Assembly (NCBI GenBank): GCA_038137215.1
Contig: JAYQBG010000003.1
Location: 77,792-141,791 of the forward strand
Source of the DNA: Alphaproteobacteria bacterium
GTDB lineage: Bacteria; Pseudomonadota; Alphaproteobacteria; UBA6615
Direction: 5' to 3'
Length of the DNA: 64,000 nucleotides
Of the stretch, positions 10,518-21,175 are shown piece by piece. The position numbers and the translations under genes were made by a program. The first letter of the stretch is position 1, and the number at the start of each line of letters is the position of its first letter. A model generated the notes under the pieces. The model was not told where the DNA came from, did no database searches, and saw only the letters and a list, made by a program, of their open reading frames with translations.

Positions 10518-11954
10518 GTGAACAAAGGAGACAGTGTCTTGGCAAACGGACTGATCACCCCCGTTATCCTGTCCGGCGGCGCGGGCACGCGGCTCTGGCC
10601 CATGAGCCGGCGCGACTATCCCAAGCAGTTCCTGCCGCTGGCCGGGGACAACACCATGGTGCAGGACACAGCCGCGCGCGTTGGTGCCTCGGACCGGTTC
10701 GCGCCGGTGCTCGTGGTCTGCAACGAAGAACACCGTTTCATGGTAGCCGAGCAGCTGCGCCGCAACGACGATCCGCCCCAGGGCATTCTGCTCGAACCCC
10801 TCGGGCGCAACACCGCCCCCGCCCTGACCGCCGCGGCCCTCTGGCTGCTTGAGCGCGACCCGGATGCGATCATGCTGGTGCTGCCCTCCGACCATGTGGT
10901 CAAGGATGCCGAGGCGTTTCGCGCGGCCGCCCTGAAAGCGGCCGAGGCCGCGGAAAACGGTGCTCTTGTCACCTTCGGGATTCACCCGCGTGCACCCGAA
11001 ACCGGCTTTGGATATATCGCCGCCGGGGCGCCGCTAGACGGGCCGGAGGGTGTGCGCCGGGTCGATGGCTTTGTCGAAAAACCCGACCTCGCCACGGCGG
11101 AGGCGTTCGTTGCGGGGGGCAATCATTTCTGGAACAGCGGCATGTTCGTCTTCCGCGCCGACGCGCTGCTCGGCGAGATCGAGCGCTTCGAACCCGAAGT
11201 GGCCACGGCGAGCCGCGCCGCGCTGGCCGCCGGAACCGAAGACCTGGACTTCTTCCGTCTGGACCGGGAGGCCTTCGCCAAAGCCCCCGGAGTCTCCATC
11301 GACTATGCGGTGATGGAAAAAACCGAGAACGCTGCGGTCGTGCCCGTCGATATGGGCTGGTCGGATGTGGGCTCGTGGCGGGCGCTCTGGGAGATCGGCA
11401 ACAAGGACAATGCCGGCAATGTTGTCGTTGGCGATGTCATGCAGGTCGGGTCGCGCGACTGTTATCTGCGCAGTGACGGCACGCTGGTGGCGGCCATCGG
11501 GCTGGAGGATTTCGTGGTGGTTGCCTCTGCCGATGCGGTGCTGGTCGCCCCGAAGGACGAGGTTCAGCAGGTGCGCGACATTGTCGAGCAGCTCGGCAAG
11601 GCCGGACGCAGCGAAGCGGTCACCTTCCCGGAAGTCTATCGCCCCTGGGGCTGGTACCGCACGCTCAACAGCGGGCCGGGCTTCAACGTCAAGCGGATCA
11701 CCCTGCATGCCGGCGGCCGGGTCAATCTGCGCCGCCACCGGCATGCCGCCCAGCACTGGACGGTGGTGGACGGCTCGGCCGAAGTCACGCTGGACGATCA
11801 GACCCACACGCTCGAACCCGGGGAATCGATCTCGGTTCCGGCAGGCGCACCCCACGCGCTGGCCACCGCGGAGAACAGGGTGCTGTCAATGATCGAGGTT
11901 CAGGCCGGCCCGAACGCCGGCAAGGACGAATTCGAACGGCTGGAAGACGGCTAG
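10518..11954 (+). CDS. manC: Mannose-1-phosphate guanylyltransferase / mannose-6-phosphate isomerase
   Basis: ILSGGAGTRLWPMSR...PKQF, EPLGRNTAPA, FVEKP, WNSGMF, SIDYAVME, WSDVGSW, RPWG cupin domain. Confidence 0.92.
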   Translation: MNKGDSVLANGLITPVILSGGAGTRLWPMSRRDYPKQFLPLAGDNTMVQDTAARVGASDRFAPVLVVCNEEHRFMVAEQLRRNDDPPQGILLEPLGRNTAPALTAAALWLLERDPDAIMLVLPSDHVVKDAEAFRAAALKAAEAAENGALVTFGIHPRAPETGFGYIAAGAPLDGPEGVRRVDGFVEKPDLATAEAFVAGGNHFWNSGMFVFRADALLGEIERFEPEVATASRAALAAGTEDLDFFRLDREAFAKAPGVSIDYAVMEKTENAAVVPVDMGWSDVGSWRALWEIGNKDNAGNVVVGDVMQVGSRDCYLRSDGTLVAAIGLEDFVVVASADAVLVAPKDEVQQVRDIVEQLGKAGRSEAVTFPEVYRPWGWYRTLNSGPGFNVKRITLHAGGRVNLRRHRHAAQHWTVVDGSAEVTLDDQTHTLEPGESISVPAGAPHALATAENRVLSMIEVQAGPNAGKDEFERLEDG

Positions 11955-12067
11955 ACCCCGACCCACAAACCCGGCACATGGCTGGGTTACCACGCGCAAT
12001 GCTTGCTCACCATCCTCGCCTCGCCTAACGTTCGGGCCAGAAACGCCTCCAACACACGAGACACGCC

Positions 12068-13471
12068 ATGGCTCTGTCCGATCGCACCCGGTTTGCCCCC
12101 AACTCTCCCGCCGCGCGGGATATCGAGTATTACCTGCATCCCTTCACCAACCTGAAGATGCACGAGGAAAACGGCCCGCTGATCGTGAATGAGGGCAAGG
12201 GCATCTATGTCTATGACGATCAGGGCAACGAGATCATCGAGGGCATGGCAGGCCTGTGGTGTACCTCGCTGGGCTTCGGTGAGGAACGGCTCGCCAAGGT
12301 CGCCTACGAGCAGATGCTGCAACTGCCCTATATCCAGGGCTTCACCCACCGCTCCAACGAGGTCGCGATCGATCTGGCTGAAAAGCTCGTCCTGATGGCA
12401 CCGGGCAATATGGGGAAGGTCTTCTTCACCAATTCCGGTTCGGAGGCCAACGACACCCAGATCAAGATCGTCTGGTACTACAACAACGCCCGCGGCAATC
12501 CGGAGAAGAAGAAGATCATCGGTCGCCACAAGGCCTATCACGGCATCACGCTGGCCGCCGCCAGCCTGTCGGGCGTCGAATACGCCCATAAGGGCTTCGA
12601 CGTCCCGCTGGACCGTTTTCTGCACACCCGCACGCCGCATTTCTGGCGCGAAGGCCTGGACGGTGAGAGCGAGGACGAATTCTCAACACGTCTCGCCCAG
12701 GAACTCGACGACATGATCGTCGCCGAAGGCCCCGAAACAGTGGCCGCATTCATCGCCGAACCCGTCATGGGCGCCGGCGGCGTGATCATTCCGCCGAAGG
12801 GCTACTTCCCAAAAATCCAGGCCGTCCTGAAAAAGCATGACGTTCTGATGATCGCCGACGAGGTGATCACCGGCTTTATGCGGACCGGCAACATGTTCGG
12901 CTGCGAGACCTTCGACATCGAGCCCGATCTGATTTCGATCGCCAAGGCGCTGTCCTCGGCCTATCTGCCGATCGGCGGCGTGATGATGTCGAACGAGGTC
13001 TATGAGGTGCTCCGCGAGGGTGGCGACAAGTTCGGCATGTGGAACACCGGCTACACCTATTCGGGCCATCCGGTCTCGGCCGCCGTCGCGCTGGAGACGC
13101 TCCGCATCTACGAGGAACGCGACCTTCTCAGCCATGTCCGTTCGGTGATGGGCACCTTCCAGGAGCAGTTCGCCCAGTTTGCCGATCACCCGCTGGTCGG
13201 CGAGGTGCGAGGTATCGGACTCTTCGCCGCCATGGAACTGACCCCGGACATCGAAAACAAGGGGCTGTTCGATCCGGCCAAACGCGTGGCCTTCAAGATG
13301 AATGCCTTTGCCCAGAACCACGGCCTGATCATGCGCGCGCTGCCGTCAGACAGCGTCGCCCTTTGCCCGCCGCTCATCATCACCGAGGACGAGATCGGCA
13401 TGTGCATGGACCGCGCCGCCAAGGCGCTGGACGACACCTGGCAGTGGGTACAGGACGAGGGACTGGTTTAG
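12068..13471 (+). CDS. Class III PLP-dependent aminotransferase (omega-amino acid type)
   Basis: GLWC, NSGSEAND, AYHG, FIAEPVMGAGG, IADEVITGF, AKALSSAYLP, YTYSGHP. Confidence 0.92.
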   Translation: MALSDRTRFAPNSPAARDIEYYLHPFTNLKMHEENGPLIVNEGKGIYVYDDQGNEIIEGMAGLWCTSLGFGEERLAKVAYEQMLQLPYIQGFTHRSNEVAIDLAEKLVLMAPGNMGKVFFTNSGSEANDTQIKIVWYYNNARGNPEKKKIIGRHKAYHGITLAAASLSGVEYAHKGFDVPLDRFLHTRTPHFWREGLDGESEDEFSTRLAQELDDMIVAEGPETVAAFIAEPVMGAGGVIIPPKGYFPKIQAVLKKHDVLMIADEVITGFMRTGNMFGCETFDIEPDLISIAKALSSAYLPIGGVMMSNEVYEVLREGGDKFGMWNTGYTYSGHPVSAAVALETLRIYEERDLLSHVRSVMGTFQEQFAQFADHPLVGEVRGIGLFAAMELTPDIENKGLFDPAKRVAFKMNAFAQNHGLIMRALPSDSVALCPPLIITEDEIGMCMDRAAKALDDTWQWVQDEGLV

Positions 13472-13483
13472 GGCTTCCAGCGC

Positions 13484-13558
13484 CGTCACACGCGTACTTG
13501 ATCCGCGTGTCTCACCCCGGCCCGTGAATAGATGCCCGGGTCAAGGCCGGGCATCACG
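13484..13558. repeat. Decayed REP-type palindrome (GATGCCCGGGTCAAG...CCGGGCAT family)
   Basis: CGTCACACGCGTACTTGATCCGCGTGT ... GATGCCCGGGTCAAGGCCGGGCATCACG right after the aminotransferase stop. Confidence 0.6.
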
Positions 13559-13644
13559 TTCTGGATGGAGGCGCGTTCCCCTACCTTGTCTTCCCGATCC
13601 ACGCTAACATCCTGTCCAAGAACCAAAGGAGGGGAGTAAACGCC

Positions 13645-14067
13645 ATGAGCGAAGCAGTGGTCATGAACGACAATAACGCGCCGGGCTATCAGGTCCGCCG
13701 CAAGGACGACCCGCAATTCGTCGAGGGTCGCCGCGATTTCTTCGATTACATCGATCTGGGCACCCAGGAGGCCAGCGACGGCAAGATGCGCGTCCAGATC
13801 ACCCGCGCCAAGGAAGGCCTGGTCAAGCCAACCGGCTGGCACACCCATATCTGCGACGGCCAGTTCGTCTACATGCTTGAGGGCTGGCTCGACCTGGCCT
13901 TTGCCGACGGTACGGTCCGTCTGGAAGCCGGAGATTCGATCTACATTCCCGGCGGCGTTCCCCACAATGAGACGGGGACGTCCGACACCTTCGACCTGAT
14001 CGAGATTTCGATCCCGGCGAAGATGGACACGGCACCCTGCGATCCGCCGCCAGGCATGCCAGCCTAA
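13645..14067 (+). CDS. Cupin domain protein
   Basis: TGWHTH...QFVYMLEG...IPGGVPHNE; GGAGG RBS. Confidence 0.88.
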   Translation: MSEAVVMNDNNAPGYQVRRKDDPQFVEGRRDFFDYIDLGTQEASDGKMRVQITRAKEGLVKPTGWHTHICDGQFVYMLEGWLDLAFADGTVRLEAGDSIYIPGGVPHNETGTSDTFDLIEISIPAKMDTAPCDPPPGMPA

Positions 14068-14079
14068 CGAGACCGAGCT

Positions 14080-14164
14080 GTCATTGCGAGCCAACGGCGA
14101 AGCAATCCAGAGCCGACATGTCCGATCAACTGGATTGCGCCGTCGCGATGATCCTCGCAATGAC
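14080..14164. repeat. REP-type palindrome (GTCATTGCGAG...CTCGCAATGAC)
   Basis: Terminal inverted arms GTCATTGCGAG/CTCGCAATGAC and inner GCAATCCAG/CTGGATTGC. Confidence 0.8.
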
Positions 14165-14301
14165 GGGTGTGGATTGAGGACCGGGGAAAGCTGCGGCGTG
14201 GCGCCGCGATGGAAAAATTGTGTCTGATTGCTATAGTCTGGTCAGGAAATCGGTCGCGTCGGCCGTTTTGGCACTGCCCGCTGCATGATGGGTGATACCG
14301 C

Positions 14302-15513
14302 ATGAACTATGAAGAGTACTTTGCAGAGAGCCTTGACGGACTTCGCGTCGAGGGACGCTATCGCGAATTCGCCGATCTGGAGCGCAGAGTGGGCGACTTT
14401 CCGCGCGCCGCGCGCCATGTGAAGGGCGGTGTTCAGGATATCGTCGTCTGGTGCGCCAACGACTATCTGGGCATGGGTCAGCACCCCGAGGTTCTGGCCG
14501 CGATGCACGAAACCCTCGACAAGTGCGGCGCGGGTGCCGGCGGCACCCGCAATATTTCGGGTACCAACCACTATCACGTCTTGCTGGAAGAAGAGCTCGC
14601 CGACCTGCATCAGAAAGAGGCCGCGCTGCTCTTCACCTCGGGCTATGTCGCCAACTGGACCGCCCTGTCCACCCTGGCCTCAATGCTGCCCGATTGCCTG
14701 GTCGTCTCCGACGCGCTGAACCACAACTCGATGATCGAAGGTATCCGCCACGGCCGCTCCGAGAAGGTGATTTTCCGTCACAACGACCCCGAGCATCTCG
14801 ACGAGTTGCTCTCGCGGGTGGACCGTGACCGCCCGAAGCTGGTGGCCTTCGAGTCCGTGTATTCGATGGATGGAGATATCGCACCAATTGCCGAGATCGT
14901 GGATGTCGCCGAGAAGCACAATGCCCTGACCTATCTGGACGAAGTGCATGCCGTGGGCATGTATGGCGAACGGGGTGCGGGCGTGGCCGAACGCGATGGC
15001 CTGATGAACCGGATCGATATCGTCCAGGGTACGCTGGGCAAGGCCTTCGGCAATGTGGGTGGTTACATCGCCGCCTCGGCCAATCTGGTGGATTTTGTGC
15101 GTTCCAACGGTGCGGGCTTCATCTTCTCAACCTCACTGCCGCCCCATGTGGCCGCCGGGGCCCGCGCGGCCATTCAGATCCTGAAGGCGGACAACTCGAT
15201 CCGCATCCGCCATCAGGAACGTGCGGCCACGCTGAAGCAGCGCCTCACCGTCTCGGGCATGCATGTCATGCCGTCGGTCAGCCATATCGTACCGGTCTTC
15301 GTCGGTGATGCGCGGCTGTGCAAGATTGCCAGCGACGAGTTGCTCGACCGCCATGGCATTTACGTTCAGCCGATCAACTACCCGACAGTCCCACGTGGTA
15401 CCGAGCGCCTGCGGATTGCACCGACGCCGCTCCACGATGACGCGATGATGGACGATCTTGTCGCCGCCTTTGAGGATGTCTGGAACCTGCTCGATCTGCG
15501 GTCAGCCGCCTAA
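14302..15513 (+). CDS. hemA: 5-aminolevulinate synthase
   Basis: [58 protein letters not shown]. Confidence 0.96.
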   Translation: MNYEEYFAESLDGLRVEGRYREFADLERRVGDFPRAARHVKGGVQDIVVWCANDYLGMGQHPEVLAAMHETLDKCGAGAGGTRNISGTNHYHVLLEEELADLHQKEAALLFTSGYVANWTALSTLASMLPDCLVVSDALNHNSMIEGIRHGRSEKVIFRHNDPEHLDELLSRVDRDRPKLVAFESVYSMDGDIAPIAEIVDVAEKHNALTYLDEVHAVGMYGERGAGVAERDGLMNRIDIVQGTLGKAFGNVGGYIAASANLVDFVRSNGAGFIFSTSLPPHVAAGARAAIQILKADNSIRIRHQERAATLKQRLTVSGMHVMPSVSHIVPVFVGDARLCKIASDELLDRHGIYVQPINYPTVPRGTERLRIAPTPLHDDAMMDDLVAAFEDVWNLLDLRSAA

Positions 15514-15516
15514 CGA

Positions 15517-16047
15517 ATGTATCGCGACAAGACCCTCATCCCCAGCGAGGCAATTCGCCTTTGCATGCTGGGGACTCTGGCGCTCCGGCCGCACACCTAC
15601 GCCGATCTCGCACGCGAGGTGCGGGCCTTCACCAGCCGCATCGCGGGTCCGTCCCTGGACATGATGGGGTCATCGATCGAGGTGCTGCGCGCCGAGGGTC
15701 TGGTCGCACCGATCGAAGACCTGCCCGACCCGGTTCACGAGACCCTCGAACTGACCGATTCCGGCCGGCACGAACTGCGTGACCTGCTCATCTCGAACCT
15801 GCGCAGCCCCGTCGATGGGGTCTCCCAGCTCGTCTTCGCCCTGAAGCTGCGGTTCCTGCATCTGCTGGATGAAGAGGATGCCCGCGACCAGATCGAGCGG
15901 ATGCGCGAGATCAGCGAGACAGAGCATGCACGCCTGCTCGACCTCAAGGAGCGCTACGGCTCCGAGCCGGGTGAGTTCGATGCCTGGCTCGATCTGGAAC
16001 TCGCCCAGATCGAGGACAGGCTGCACTGGCTGAAATCGGTCGGCTGA
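15517..16047 (+). CDS. PadR-like winged-helix protein
   Basis: LGTLALRPHTYADL...LELTDSGRHEL; C-terminal helical segment (LKLRFLHLL); 3 nt downstream of hemA. Confidence 0.7.
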   Translation: MYRDKTLIPSEAIRLCMLGTLALRPHTYADLAREVRAFTSRIAGPSLDMMGSSIEVLRAEGLVAPIEDLPDPVHETLELTDSGRHELRDLLISNLRSPVDGVSQLVFALKLRFLHLLDEEDARDQIERMREISETEHARLLDLKERYGSEPGEFDAWLDLELAQIEDRLHWLKSVG

Positions 16048-16056
16048 GCCCGAAGC

Positions 16057-16608
16057 CTATTCGGCGGCGTCTGGCCAGGCGCCGGCGTCTTTCAGCATCT
16101 CAACGGATTCCGGTGACCATTCGACCCCCGGTGTATCGCCGCCGATCACGGCCATGATCGTGCCGCGCGCTTCACCGTCGCGCGCGCTCACACATTCAAA
16201 ACGACGCTGAATGCCCGGCGGGAAGGATGCGATATCTTTCTCCCCCAGGATGACGTGATCGTTGCCGTCCTCGCCTTCCCACTCAAACTTCCAGGTGCCT
16301 TCGACGACCACGAAGGTTTCGTTCGTGTCATGGGCATGCATCATCACGCCCTGCCCGGGATCGGCCGTCACCCAGCCGATTCCAAAGCCCGGTTTGAGGT
16401 GAGAAATTTTCGGTTTGGCCTCATCACCGATAGGCGAATAAACCTCTTCACCCTCGGGCTGTTCGAAGCCGATCGCGTTGCGGAAGGTCCGGTAGTAGCC
16501 CTCGACCTTCTGGTCGGGCAGACCACCATCGACGGCGTTGATTTCATCGAACCGCGCAATGCATTTCAGGACGTCTTCTTTTTTCGGACGAATTACAGGA
16601 ATGGCCAT
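16057..16608 (-). CDS. Cupin domain protein
   Basis: PGQGVMMHAHDTNETF...FPPGIQRRF; start MAIPV with GGAGGAG RBS. Confidence 0.85.
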   Translation of the reverse strand: MAIPVIRPKKEDVLKCIARFDEINAVDGGLPDQKVEGYYRTFRNAIGFEQPEGEEVYSPIGDEAKPKISHLKPGFGIGWVTADPGQGVMMHAHDTNETFVVVEGTWKFEWEGEDGNDHVILGEKDIASFPPGIQRRFECVSARDGEARGTIMAVIGGDTPGVEWSPESVEMLKDAGAWPDAAE

Positions 16609-16737
16609 GACTTTATCTCCTCCAGTTTGATCTGCCGGGATACTAGCCAAACGGGCCCGTTGCAAATTGCTCTGAATCAAAAAAACAGCAAGACTCCAGC
16701 CAGGAATTCTACGGAGCCGGGGCTACGTCATTCTTTT

Positions 16738-17514
16738 CTAGTAAAGGTGCTGGCCGCCGGTGACGAATATCTCGGTGCCGGTGACATAACCGAAATCCGG
16801 GTTGCAGAGCTGGTACACCGTGGCGGCGACCTCAGCGGGTGTGCCCATACGGCGCATCGGTATGCGGTTGACCAGCGGTTCGTATTCATCACCGATCATT
16901 TCGGTCTCGATCTCGCCCGGGGCCACGGCATTGACGCGGACGTTCAACTCGGCGAACTCCACCGACATCTCGCGGGTCAACGCCGACAGCGCCGCCTTGG
17001 AGGTCGAATAGGCCGATCCGGCGAAGGGATGGATTGCGTGGCCCGCGATGGACGTGATGTTGACGATCGCCGCCCCGCCGCCGGCATCGGGTTCGGCCTC
17101 ATCCAGCTTGCCGGCCCTGGCGAGCGGTGCCGCAAAGCCCCGTGCCAGGGCGAGCGGTGCGAAGAAGTTCAGCTGAAACACCTCCCGCCAGTCGTCAATG
17201 GGGCCGTTCAGGCAGCCGAGGCGTTCCTCGAATTCCGCCTTCGGTGAGACGGCGGCGTTGTTCACCAGAGCGTTGAGGGGCGCATCGCCAAGCAACTCAA
17301 GCGCTTCGGTGACAAAGCGCTCCACATCTGCCGGATCGCCCAGATCGGTGGGGATGTGGGAGGTCCAGTTCGGATCGCGTTTGCAATGTTCGGGAACGGG
17401 GTCGCGCGAGCAGGTGATGATCTGCCAGCCCTCATCCGAAAAGCGTTTGACGGTCGCGTGGCCGATGCCACGGCTGGCCCCTGTCAGAATGACGCTTCGT
17501 CGTTTGCCTTCCAT
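16738..17514 (-). CDS. Short-chain dehydrogenase/reductase (FixR-like)
   Basis: TGASRGIG, NNAA, YSTSK, VNAVAPG. Confidence 0.9.
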   Translation of the reverse strand: MEGKRRSVILTGASRGIGHATVKRFSDEGWQIITCSRDPVPEHCKRDPNWTSHIPTDLGDPADVERFVTEALELLGDAPLNALVNNAAVSPKAEFEERLGCLNGPIDDWREVFQLNFFAPLALARGFAAPLARAGKLDEAEPDAGGGAAIVNITSIAGHAIHPFAGSAYSTSKAALSALTREMSVEFAELNVRVNAVAPGEIETEMIGDEYEPLVNRIPMRRMGTPAEVAATVYQLCNPDFGYVTGTEIFVTGGQHLY

Positions 17515-17550
17515 AGCCCATAGGTAGTCCAGATGGGGGCACTTGGAAAG

Positions 17551-17814
17551 TCAGTGGTGCGGATGCTTCTCGATAAAGTGGCGCAGAACCCCGACCAGTT
17601 TGGCCATGTGTTCGTAATTGCCATGCGCCCGCGCATTCTCAATATCGTCCACGATCATCCGTTCGATCCGGGCCTCACCATCGGGCGTGTGACAAAGATA
17701 CTGACCGAGCTCCATCGCTACGACTTCGGGAACATGCTCATGCTCGGCAATCGCATCGACCTCTTCCTCACTCAACTCGCACAACGCCAGACAATCCTCA
17801 CGCGTCAACATCAC
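17551..17814 (-). CDS. Small conserved hypothetical protein
   Basis: 87 aa (EDCLALCELSEEEVDAIAEHEHVPE...), GGAGG RBS, co-oriented between pdxH and the SDR. Confidence 0.8.
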   Translation of the reverse strand: MMLTREDCLALCELSEEEVDAIAEHEHVPEVVAMELGQYLCHTPDGEARIERMIVDDIENARAHGNYEHMAKLVGVLRHFIEKHPHH

Positions 17815-17897
17815 TGCCTCCTGCTTCTGCTAAAGAGAGATTGTGCCAGATCAGTGACAATTTTCTTTGGCATAGATCAAATGGCTCGGGAGCTGTC

Positions 17898-18479
17898 CTA
17901 TGGCTGCAGACGCAGCTCCGTCCAGGCCTCGCCGTCACGCAGGAAGACTTCCCGGTCGTGGAGGCGGCTCTCGCGGTTGGTCCAGAATTCGATCCGGTCG
18001 GGGACCACGCGGAAGCCAGACCAGTGCGGCGGACGCGGAATTTCCGCACCTTCGTATTTCTTCGTCAGTTCCGCCACACGTTCTTCGAGAAGGTCACGCG
18101 AGGCAATCGACCGGGACTGTTCGGACGCCCAGGCGCCGATTCGGCTGCCGCGCGGACGGGAGGCGTAGTAGGCATCGGCCTCATCATCCGCGACCGGACG
18201 GGCCACGCCTTCGATACGGATCTGGCGGTCGAGGGATTTCCAGTAGAAACACAGCGAGGCGTGGGGATTTGCCAGCAGCTCCCGGCCCTTCTGACTGTTG
18301 AAGTTGGTATAGAAAACAAACCCTTGTGGGTCATGATCCTTCAACAGGACCACCCTTGTGGAGGGACGGCCGGCGGACGAAACCGTGGCCAGTGTCATCG
18401 CATTGGAATTCGAGGGCTCGGACTCCTGCGCCTCGCGGAACCAGGCATCGAACTTTGCAAAGGGATCGGTGGTGGTCAT
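17898..18479 (-). CDS. pdxH: Pyridoxamine 5'-phosphate oxidase
   Basis: AMTLAT, RVVLLK, FYTNFNSQKG, RQIRIEG, GAWASEQS, IEFW...RLHDR. Confidence 0.96.
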   Translation of the reverse strand: MTTTDPFAKFDAWFREAQESEPSNSNAMTLATVSSAGRPSTRVVLLKDHDPQGFVFYTNFNSQKGRELLANPHASLCFYWKSLDRQIRIEGVARPVADDEADAYYASRPRGSRIGAWASEQSRSIASRDLLEERVAELTKKYEGAEIPRPPHWSGFRVVPDRIEFWTNRESRLHDREVFLRDGEAWTELRLQP

Positions 18480-18612
18480 GCCGTATTCCTGCCTTCATGC
18501 GAATATTCAATCTGGGTGCGATAGCATAGCGGAACTGGCGAACGCACCACTTCGTTCCTACATCAACCAAAGCCGGGCGTTCCGGCGTTTGGGATTCGAA
18601 AGGAACAATGTC

Positions 18613-19089
18613 ATGGGCATGAGAGCAATTGCACCATTGGTCGCATCGGCCTTCATTCTGTCGGCTTGCGCAACGGAAAGCGAACGGAACGAAACCATCG
18701 GCACCGTGCTCGGTGGCGTGGGCGGCGCGATTCTCGGGTCGCAGTTCGGCGGCGGCTCGGGACGGATCATTGCCACCGCACTCGGCACGCTGGGCGGTGC
18801 GATGCTCGGGCGCGAGCTCGCGAAATCCCTCACCGCCGAAGACCAGGCGAAAATGGTCGAGGCCGAAGAAACTGCCCACGCCCGCCCCGTGGGTGAAACC
18901 GTCCGCTGGAACAACCCGGACTCCGGCAATTCCGGCACGGTCACGCCAGTGCGCGAAGGCCGCAGCGCCCAGACCGGCGCCACCTGCCGGGAGTATCAGA
19001 CCACGGTGAATGTGGACGGCAAAAGCGAACAGGGTTTCGGGACGGCCTGCCAGCAACCGGACGGGAGCTGGAAGGTCATCGAGTCCTGA
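18613..19089 (+). CDS. Glycine-zipper outer-membrane lipoprotein (17-kDa surface antigen / RT0821 family)
   Basis: Lipobox LSAC, glycine zipper, WNNPDSGNSG, CREY...GTACQQPDGSW. Confidence 0.88.
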   Translation: MGMRAIAPLVASAFILSACATESERNETIGTVLGGVGGAILGSQFGGGSGRIIATALGTLGGAMLGRELAKSLTAEDQAKMVEAEETAHARPVGETVRWNNPDSGNSGTVTPVREGRSAQTGATCREYQTTVNVDGKSEQGFGTACQQPDGSWKVIES

Positions 19090-19092
19090 CAA

Positions 19093-19908
19093 TCAGACAG
19101 GCTTGATGAACACCGCCTGGATCGCGCCCAACCGGCCATCGGCGAAATTGTCGCGGAGATTTCCCAGCATCGTCGGAAAATCGTCCCCCATGACCTGACG
19201 CAGTGTCGGCCCTGCCGCAGATTTTGGCGGACGCGCGCGCGCCAGCCAGTCCCGGGCAAATCCGGTTTCATCCGACCAGATGCCCTCCGACCACCCTGCC
19301 CCGATGACCGCGGTGCGAAATTCGTCCGGGCTGACGAGGTGGCTCTGGGCAGGCGCGCGCGCCCAGGGCACGGGATAGGTCAGCAGTTCGGCCGTCTCGC
19401 CCAGCGTCACATCGAACATGGCGAGTGCGCCGCCCGGCCGGGTGACCCGGGCCAGTTCACGGTAAAGCGCGTCCCGGTCTCCGATATTCATCGCGACATG
19501 TTCGCTCCACACGAGATCGAAGACGTTGTCGGCAAACGGCAGTTGCAGGGCGTTTCCCGCAACAAACCGGGTTTGTCCGGCCTGAACGGACCGTCCGGAC
19601 AGGGCCCGCGCAATGCGGCAGAAAGCCGGGGACAGATCGACCCCGGTAATATCCCAGTCCCGGACCCTGGCCAGAAGACGCGCCGGTCCCCCCAGGCCGG
19701 AGCCCAGATCGAGAACCTGCGCACCGGGCAACCTGTCGAGCCTTTCCAGCAGGCGTTCCGTTGCCCTGGCACCGCCCACATGAAACTGGTCGAGCGCCGG
19801 ACCGACCTCCAGCTTCGGGTCATCCAGCGCCGCCAGAAGCCGTTCGGCCAGACCTTCGGGCTCATAATGTCCGCGAAGCGCCGGATCGTGTGTCGCGCCG
19901 TGGTTCAA
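19093..19908 (-). CDS. Class I SAM-dependent methyltransferase
   Basis: DQFHVGG, VLDLGSGLGGPAR, LPFADNVFD, YPVPWA. Confidence 0.87.
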   Translation of the reverse strand: MNHGATHDPALRGHYEPEGLAERLLAALDDPKLEVGPALDQFHVGGARATERLLERLDRLPGAQVLDLGSGLGGPARLLARVRDWDITGVDLSPAFCRIARALSGRSVQAGQTRFVAGNALQLPFADNVFDLVWSEHVAMNIGDRDALYRELARVTRPGGALAMFDVTLGETAELLTYPVPWARAPAQSHLVSPDEFRTAVIGAGWSEGIWSDETGFARDWLARARPPKSAAGPTLRQVMGDDFPTMLGNLRDNFADGRLGAIQAVFIKPV

Positions 19909-21175
19909 GTATTGCTGCTCACAACCCGCGGGGTGCCGTCGCCCAACTGGGCCTGGGCAATGATCTGTTTGACCGGCAGCCCCATGGTTTCGTCGCGCGC
20001 CAGATTGTAGGCGTTGACCAGATCGGCCAGCGGCTCGGTCCAGGCGGGGTCCGCCTGGGAATCCCGATGGGGCAGGCCCGGACCATAGCCCAGCGCCACA
20101 TAGAGATCGGATCGTCGGCTTCGGTTCGTGCGATCACGCCCGACTCCTCAAGTCGCGCAAGCACGGTCCCGAATGCTTCGCCATCGCCCCCGGTCACATC
20201 CAGCAGCGCGCTCTCGGAAACGGTGTCACCATCGCGACCGGCCTGCAGCAGCTTGCCGATCACCTGCAGCGCGCGCAGGAGCGCCCGCGCCGGGCTCAGC
20301 GGCCCGAAGTCTTCCGCGCGCCGCGCGGCCAGCCATTCCGGACGCGTCGCGGCGACGATCGCGCCGAACAGCACAACGGCCCAGACCAGATACATCCAGA
20401 TCAGAAAGACCGGCAACGCGGCCAGCGAGCCATAGACACTCTCGAATGTCCCGGCATTGGCGAGGTAGAACCCGAACCCGGCCTTCAGAAGTTCAAACAA
20501 CACAGCGGCCACGACAGCCCCCAGCACCGCGTAGCGCCATTTCACACGCCGGTTCGGCAAGGCCAGGTAGAGGATCGTGAAACCGCCGACCGCAAAGACG
20601 AACGGCATCAGACGCAGGCCGAACTCACGCACAAAGCCGAGATCGACCCCAAGCGCCTGAAAATTGTTCATGGCAAAGGCTGCCGTACTGACCGACAGCC
20701 CCGTCCCCATCAGCAGCGGGCCCAGTGTCAGGGTGGCCCAATAGGCAAAAATGCGCGTCCCGATAGGGCGGGATTTCTCGACCCGCCAGATCGCATTGAA
20801 TGCGCTTTCGATGGTTGAAAGCAGCATGATCGCGGTGACGGCCAGCCAGACCACGCCAAGCACCGTCAGCTGGCTGGTGTTGGACACGAAGGTATCCACG
20901 TAGTTCTCAAGCTCGCCGCCAATATGCGGCGCGGCATAGGACAGCACGATGCTCAGCAGTTGCTGGGTCAGTCCATCGAAGACCGGAAAGGCCATCATCA
21001 CCGAAAAGGCAATGGCAAACAGCGGCACGATCGCCAGCAGCGAGGTGTAGCTGAGAGAGGATGCCGCCACCAGGACGCGGTCCTGGGAAAACCGCCGGAC
21101 AACCGTCCGCACGAATGTCAGCTCGTTCTGCAATGTGTCGAGTCGGCTATTGCCCATATTTCTCTCATTGGTCAT
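19905..21175 (-). pseudogene. YihY/BrkB family inner membrane protein with C-terminal wHTH, frameshifted at ~20105-20115
   Basis: AASSLSYTSLLAIVP, FNAIW, YGSLAALPVFLIWMY; after RTEADD the plausible continuation (DLYVALGYG...) is in the frame of ORF 19905..20099, whose stop overlaps the methyltransferase start. Confidence 0.72.

Noticed and set aside
14165-14301. FnrL or PpsR site upstream of hemA
   Set aside because: I could not find TTGAT-N4-ATCAA or TGT-N12-ACA
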